Shown here: positions 57,026 through 64,000 of the stretch, one piece after another
How positions within the stretch are numbered: position 1 is the stretch's first letter
Layout of the letters: every line of letters starts with the position of its first letter
NCBI GenBank assembly: GCA_964016885.1
Contig: OZ024748.1
Location: 14,136,001 to 14,200,000, forward strand
DNA length: 64,000 bases
Direction: 5' to 3'
From: Eledone cirrhosa
Taxonomy: Eukaryota
Made by a program: the position numbers and the translations under genes
The notes under the pieces: generated by a model
Seen by the model: the letters and a program-made list of their open reading frames with translations, nothing else
Told to the model about the DNA's origin: nothing
Databases searched by the model: none

Positions 57026-57942
57026 CCTAGCGTTATAAATGATAAAAATTAAAGCAATGAAGTGATTTCTGATAAATTCAGTTATAGAATCACTTCTGTC
57101 GGCTCTCTTAAACAACCGTTTCGTTATTGTTTTGGGGTTATGTATATATTTATGTATATATTTTGTGTATTTTATTTTAGTGTGTTGCGTTGAGTTTCGT
57201 TGCGATGCATTGCGCTGAGAATTGTTGAGTTGTGTTGATGTACTGTATTGTTGCGTTGTGTTATAGGTGTTGTGTTAGGTGTTGTGCTGTTGCATGTGTT
57301 GTGGTATGTGTTGTGATGTTGCATGTGTTGTGGTATGTGTTGCATATGTTGTGTTGTTGTATGTGTTGTGATGTGATATACTGTTGTGTGTTGTGTTATT
57401 TTTGCTGACAATTATCAATCAGACTATATGTTTCTTCTATTTCTGTTCAGTAAATAGAATTAACTCGAGTCTTTACTCGTTGTTAATCCATAACATTTCT
57501 CTTGTATAATCAAGGATTTCTTCCTATCCAAAAACTGCGCTTTCTCTTAAAATAGAGTTAATTTCCTGTCATATATACGAAATGTCATCATTTTCTTTTT
57601 CTGCTTCTTTATATTGAAGCTTCATTAATCCAAAGAAATTACTCGATAAACCGTTTGTTTCTCGCCATTTCCACTGAATCAGAAATCTTCTTACCATATT
57701 CCTAAAGCTATTTCGTTTGACCATATTGGTATTTTTTTTTTTCTGTTTTGTTTTAGTTATTGTATTTTTTTTTATTTTGTCTGCTTTTAATCTGTGATAG
57801 TAAGTTTCGATTACATATTATACTTCTTACCTCCCTTGCTGTCGGCCTAAATAAAACGTTCATTTTTTTTTTCCTTTCCAATTGTTAATTCGTCAGAACA
57901 TATTCAGTAGTAAGCCAACGCTTTCTTTTCTTCGCATCACAG

Positions 57943-58027
<85 letters not shown>

Positions 58028-58102
58028 CAAATAAAAAACATGCAGACTTAATACGGAATTTTTTCTGTATGTAATTGTACTGGATATTCATTTAGTATGT
58101 AC

Positions 58103-58138
<36 letters not shown>

Positions 58139-58439
58139 GTGCATATATAGTATGTATATACGTATGTGTATATGTATGTATACGTTTTCTAGAGTAAAAC
58201 TTTGAAAGTAAAACTCCACAATAAACTGCAGGCTATAAAACTTCCGGCAACATGCTAGAATATTATTTATCTTACTTCCAGCAGTAATCTTATGCTCCCA
58301 CCCCACGCCAGCCACTATTTTATTATCCTCTCACTAAATAACTGCTTTCAGTCCTCTCATTGAAATTATTTTCTTTTCTTTTTTTTTTTTTTGCTATATT
58401 TTGTTCTAATATTAAGAATAATTTAAATCAAATGCTTCG

Positions 58440-58832
58440 AAATGACTGAGTAATTAGGCTGTTGGTTTAAATGCATCGTCATTTTTGCAGATAACTGTGC
58501 ACTGAGTTCAAATCCTATAGAGTTAAACTTGTCTGCCTTTATTCAAGAGTCGCGAAAATAAAGTAATTCTCTTTCCCCTTCGATGAAAATTGCTGGCCTT
58601 GTGCCTTAATCTAAATGGCAGTAAACTGGCAGGATAGGTAGAGCGTCGGACAATATGATTTGCAACAAAGAGTTACGGCCCTTTAAGTTCTGAGTTAAAA
58701 ACCCACAGAGTGTAGCTTTGCTTTTTATCCTTTACGGAGTCGATAAATAAAGCACCAGTAATGAACCGGGATTGATTTAGTCGACTTTTCCCTCCTCTTC
58801 AAATTGCTGGCCTTGTGCCTAATGTAAAAACA

Positions 58833-58835
<3 letters not shown>
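58440..58835 (+). mobile_element. Tandem pair of diverged SINEs with an (ATT)n tail
   Basis: CTGAGTT.AAA..AAAATAAAG..TTGCTGGCCTTGTGCCT occurs twice. Confidence 0.7.
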
Positions 58836-58868
<33 letters not shown>

Positions 58869-59997
58869 GGGTTTTACTTTAACCCTTTCTATGATTTGTT
58901 TATTTGACAATCCCTTACATTCTGCTTTACAAGAAATCTATTGGTGTAGAATGAAGTTCAGCTTATGGGATCAATAAATGCCACTGTAAGTGTTTCACCA
59001 ATCCAGCAATCCAATTTAATTTCAGCCAAGCGAAATCCTTAACGTTTTATATTATAGCCTTGTGGAATTTACTTTGCATATAATGATTGTCATTTCCTAG
59101 TTCCAATCACTCTGATTTGTTTCCCTTGTCAGCGATAACATTGTGAACGGTAGATTTGGGGGTCCTTCCTCTCTACAAATGATACACAATGGGCGGGGAG
59201 AATACCATCCAGGCATGCTTCCATAGAAACAATTCTAATGTTCCACGAAATAGGACGTTTATGTTTTAATAACATGCTATACAATAGAATATGTGTGAAA
59301 GGTTCATAGTTGCGACATGAGATGATGGTTTTGTATGAATAGTTTACGTCAAATTAATATACGTTCTCTATCTATTACATGGGTAGAGAATAATCATTTG
59401 AAACAGCTCATCCTTAGTCTTCTAGTAAGAAGAACTGTATTTGTATGTGTATATATATATATAATCAATCGACAAGATCCCAGACCTCATTCGCTTAACA
59501 AGTGGGGTGGAGCTCATCAAATTGGGCCAAGGAAACAATGTTCCTATTGGTCTTTTCATTTGCTAATACTATATATATAACTTAGGAAAAATAAGTAAGA
59601 GAGGACAAGACAAGGAACAAAATACTTTTTTTTTATAGAGAAAGAACCTTAAAGAATTAGTTTATAAAAATAATAATACAAACGACGAACACATAACTCC
59701 ACAGAAATGGTCATCAGCCGTTGAGGGGGACTTTTCCAGTTTCGACCCCTACCAACGGTACTGCTATTCCGCCCTGGGACACAGCGTCTGAGACAAGCCA
59801 AACTCTGTCCAATGGAGTAAGAGACGAGGAACAAAACAGTGATGTATAGCCATAAAGCTACAAGCACACGTATAATTTTATGTGACGTCAAGCTGAAAGC
59901 GTGGTGCCTCTTATATCACGAGAGTCATGTATGAAAAATACATACATACATAACTATATGTGCAATATGATGTGATTTCAGTGATATATTAGCTGCC

Positions 59998-60078
59998 ATT
60001 GGGTCGTCAAATATGTAATTTGTAGAAATATATTTTTGTTCTACAAGTTTCTACAAATTTTATACTTGACGACCCAAT
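59998..60078. repeat. Short hairpin, possibly a MITE
   Basis: ATTGGGTCGTCAA..AATTTGTAGAAA / TTTCTACAAATT..TTGACGACCCAAT. Confidence 0.7.
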
Positions 60079-60431
60079 ATTTATAACATGTCTAGTGAGT
60101 GTATTGAGGCTTTATTGTTAGCTCTCGAGCATACCTGCCGCCATAACTCTGCTTGGCGTGTCATGTTGCAACAACAACATTAAAAGAAAATGACACAAGT
60201 GAGACATATTTCGTCTATCTCCGCCATCATCAACACCACTAAACATAGCTATTTAGTTTGCAGTAAAGTTTATTCTGATTCTAATAATGTTTCGTTTTAG
60301 TATCCTTGTGTTATATGTATCTTTAACATAACCTACTTATCACCATCTTAAAATATTTGAATATGCTTTACTAGGTATTTAATCAGTGTGTGTGTGTGTG
60401 AGTGTGAGTGTGCGCGTGCGCGTGTGCGTTT

Positions 60432-60613
60432 ATAGGGAAAGAGTCGGGATCCGACGGCTGAGCCCCGTCCGTTTCCACAGCTAGATCCGAACCTTTAGTT
60501 CGGATCTAGCTGTCCTGACTCTTTTCCTATTACCCACTCTACTACTACCCTAAGTATTGAGTACTCTGGTGCGTTATGGTCCACCTGGTATCTTACCACC
60601 CCCTTTTTTGTTA
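60432..60613 (+). mobile_element. Family B element: inverted piece plus tail, hammerhead deleted in the sense arm
   Basis: ACAGCTAGATCCGAAC-CTTTA-GTTCGGATCTAGCTGT hairpin, then CCTGACTCTTTTCCTATT..AAGTATTGAGTACTCTGGTGCGTTATGGTCCA. Confidence 0.72.
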
Positions 60614-60712
60614 TATAAATATATATATATATATAATACACTCACGCAGACACACACATATACATACATACATATTACTCCACCGAAATGTATGTATGTA
60701 TGTATGTATGTA

Positions 60713-61035
60713 TTTTAGATCATTGGCTGGGCTAAAAAGCCACATTCGATCGCAGCGCTGTTAGTTTCTATCGTGTGTGTGTGTGTGTATAGATATGTTT
60801 ATGTGTGTGCGTGTATGTGTACATATATATGTATATGTATATTATTATTGTTGTTGTCGTTATTATTATTGTTGTTATTATTATTATTGTTATTAATGTA
60901 TATGTGTGTGTGTATATATGTGTGTGTGTATATATGTGTGTGTGTATATATGTGTGTGTATATGTGTGTATATATATATTTTTTTTTTCTCCTCGTGCAA
61001 TGGGCATACTCGATAACGAGGGGGCAGCCATCATG
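60713..61035 (+). mobile_element. Possible RTE-clade LINE extreme 3' end interrupted by microsatellite
   Basis: FRSLAGLKSHIRSQRC* (S..GL.SH.R motif), then after repeats TGGGCATACTCGATAACGAGGGGGCAGCCATC followed by (TGTA)n. Confidence 0.45.
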
Positions 61036-62511
61036 TATGTATGTATGTATGTATGTATGTATGTATGTATGTATGTATGTATGTATGTATCTATGTATGT
61101 ATGTATGTATCTATGTGTGTATATCGTTCTGACTATTATTGTTGGAATTATTACGTGAAAACAATATTCTAGAATTAGATAATGTAGAAATCTATAAACT
61201 ATATATCCGTTGTATTTGTTAATTAATAAAATATTTATGCGCAGAAATTAATTATTTTGCTGTGATAATGTTAGTTGGCTTATGACATCAACTCTAACCT
61301 AACGTATGACCTTTTGTAGACGTTGAGTTGTCGGAAGCAATGAATGGAACATTATTGGGTGAAGGTTGAAGATATAAAGGTCAAGCTATATATATGAAAC
61401 TACAGTAACACTTGAGATTGCAGTTCTATTTATTTGGTAAAGTAATAATCTGGCTAGGAAATAACGCTTTTCTATGAACAATAACTCATGTTGTATTTGC
61501 AAATTAGTTTTCAAGATTCAGTTTCCGCCTGCTAGTGCTTGTAACACTTTGATTAATCGTTTTAATTTCAGACTGGAAGCTGATGCCAATGCCTAATGCC
61601 AAATCGTCATTTTCGAAACGTGACCATGAATTCTTCAAATTGAAAGAAGAAAGTAGACTTCAACTATTCCTATGACGAACTGATCTCTTGCTATATCCAA
61701 ACACTTCTGCTGGATCAATTCTTACTTGAATCAAATTCCATTCGCAATTTCCTCCCTTTCTACGCCATTCTCATGCAATCGTAATTATAAATTTCGTTTA
61801 AACAATATGTATCTATGTGTGTCTTTATGCATGTGTGTCTACATATATGTGTACGTGTGTATGTACGTACGTACTTGTGTGCCTGTGTGTGTGTGTGTGT
61901 GTGTGTGCATGTGTGTGTGTGTGCGTGTGCCTTTATGTAAGTGTGCCTCTATGTAAGTGTGCGTCTATGTAAGTGTATGTCTATGTGCGTGTGTGTCTAT
62001 GTATCTATGCATGTATGTATATATTAACCTGTAACTACTGGAACCGTAGAAGCACCGTAGTGACATGCAGTGTGTCGTTGACATCCGTTAAACATGGCCG
62101 AGCCCAGCCCAGGTCTGGACACTGCCTATTTCTTCCAGAGGAGGAGAAAGACAGTAATAAATAAATAGGAAGATATATAGAAGAAGAATCGCCTACAATG
62201 TTGAACCGATACATACTCGTATCTACCTCAATACAATATCGAATGCCACAAAGCATTCATTGCAGTTTACCGTATAAAGAGATACGAGGCTAAATAATAA
62301 ATGGAATGTTATTGTTGATTTTATGGATACAGGTATATTAATTGCGAGAGCTGCGGGGTTTGAACTGATAATAGGATATAAACTGACATTATCAACTGTA
62401 ATTATACATTTCCTTTGATCAGATTCATAAATGTTAAGTCTATTTCTACAATGCGAAATTATCAAGAAACATTTCATCATAGTTTTATGGAAGAGTCTTT
62501 ATGTTCTTGAT

Positions 62512-62927
62512 AATTGTTTCTACTTTAGGCACAAGGCCAGCAATTACCCAGTGCATTACTGGTACTTTATTTTATCGACCCCGTAAGGATGAACGGCAAA
62601 GTCAACCTCGGCGGGATTTGAACTCAGATCGTAAAGGGACGTAACTATGCTGGAAAGCATGGCGTCCGACCCTCTACCGATACTGCCAATCCACCACCGC
62701 TTTATGTTCTTGATAATGGTTTCTAATTAAGTAACAAGGCCAATAAATTTTGGGCAGGGAACTCGACTAAATCGACCGCAGTGCATTACTGGTACTTTAT
62801 TTTATCGACCCCGTAAGGCTGAAAATTTAAGCTAACCGCGTCGTAATTTGAACTCACAACGTAAAGAACCATAAATATAAGCCACAAAGTATGTAGTTCG
62901 ACGCTCTACCGGTACTGCCGATCCACC
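62512..62927 (-). mobile_element. Young major SINE (62512-62698) inserted at the tail of an older one (62714-62927)
   Basis: 17 bp TSD TTTATGTTCTTGATAAT at 62498 and 62701. Confidence 0.9.
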
Positions 62928-63341
62928 TCACAACACCTTAATAATGAGAAAGGTATATTACAACATCTGTCCAGAATCTTGTTTATTTTTCAAAATGATT
63001 TTAACATCACAAGTGGTATTTTTTATTAAAAATGTGGAAATGAAAGGGTTAATGGAAAGGTCGATAGTCATTGAAAGGACACTCGTATAATGTAAGAGAC
63101 GCAGAGTTTGAAGTTATGTGTATTTATAATGAATTAGTCAATGCAGAACAGTAGCTCGTATGAACCTTTTCTAAGGAAGACCGTGATGGATGGTAAGATA
63201 AAGGGAACGCCGACGCTAGAGTCAGGTAACCTTAATACTTGTAACGGAAGGATCACCATTGCTAACACCATTAACATATATATATGTACATATATATCGA
63301 TATATATATATACATATATATTGGTATATATACACTCACAC

Positions 63342-63385
<44 letters not shown>

Positions 63386-63390
63386 GTGTA

Positions 63391-63501
63391 TGAGTTCAAA
63401 TCCCGCCGAGGTTGACTTTGCCTTTCATCCTTACGGGGTCGATAAAATAAAGTACCAGTAATGCACTGGTGAATTGCTGGCCTTGTGCCTAAAGTAGAAA
63501 C

Positions 63502-63506
<5 letters not shown>
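63391..63506 (+). mobile_element. 5'-truncated young major SINE
   Basis: Near-identical to the 3' half of 19392-19578. Confidence 0.9.
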
Positions 63507-63558
<52 letters not shown>

Positions 63559-63792
63559 CACACATATATATACATATATTGATATATAAAAACACACACA
63601 CACACACACTATATGTATATATATATATATATATACACTTTTACCTGTTCCAGCCATCCGGCTGAGGCCATATATATATATATAAAGATTTACATATACA
63701 CAAACTAGACAAAGTCACAGATATATATGTGTTTTGGCAACCATTCACGATGTGGCTCAATGATGAATTAATAAATTAAATAATCAGAGCAA

Positions 63793-63869
63793 TATACTAT
63801 AAAGTATGTCCATAGAAACATTTGATAATATATATATTAGCAAATGATTCTATGGACATACTTTATAGT

Positions 63870-63872
<3 letters not shown>
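63793..63872. repeat. 80 bp near-perfect palindrome centred on (TA)n
   Basis: TATACTATAAAGTATGTCCATAGAA..TTCTATGGACATACTTTATAGTATA. Confidence 0.88.
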
Positions 63873-63920
<48 letters not shown>

Positions 63921-64000
63921 TATATACACACACACATATATAAATATTGATATATATACACACACACATTATATGTATATCTATATATATATACTCTTTT

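Noticed and set aside
62040-62140. Possible LINE fragment on the - strand (WAGLGHV*RM)
   Set aside because: Too short and degenerate to call.

Overview
AT-rich, microsatellite-saturated eukaryotic non-coding DNA (intergenic or intronic). The SINE, MITE and LINE content resembles a cephalopod (Octopus-like) genome, but that is an inference. I can support no intact host gene: nearly all ORFs in the track are translated (TA)n/(CA)n/(GTT)n repeats. The window contains about 25 tRNA-derived SINE copies, several with target-site duplications and many in head-to-tail pairs. It also holds decayed non-LTR retrotransposon pieces (RTE/RTE-X, CRE-like, R4-like, L1/Tx1-like), Tc1/mariner-type MITEs and a long-TIR element. 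The main unexpected signal is several families of short non-coding elements sitting in (TA)n tracts. They carry type-I hammerhead-ribozyme-like motifs (CUGANGA-stem II-GAAA-short, often palindromic stem III-UH) and often form an inverted duplication plus a unique tail. This matches Penelope-like element ends or retrozyme-like RNAs. There is also an unusual double fold-back rearrangement at 39.3-40.1 kb and a twin-primed, 5'-inverted RTE-type LINE. All structures were read by eye, not computed, and boundaries are approximate.
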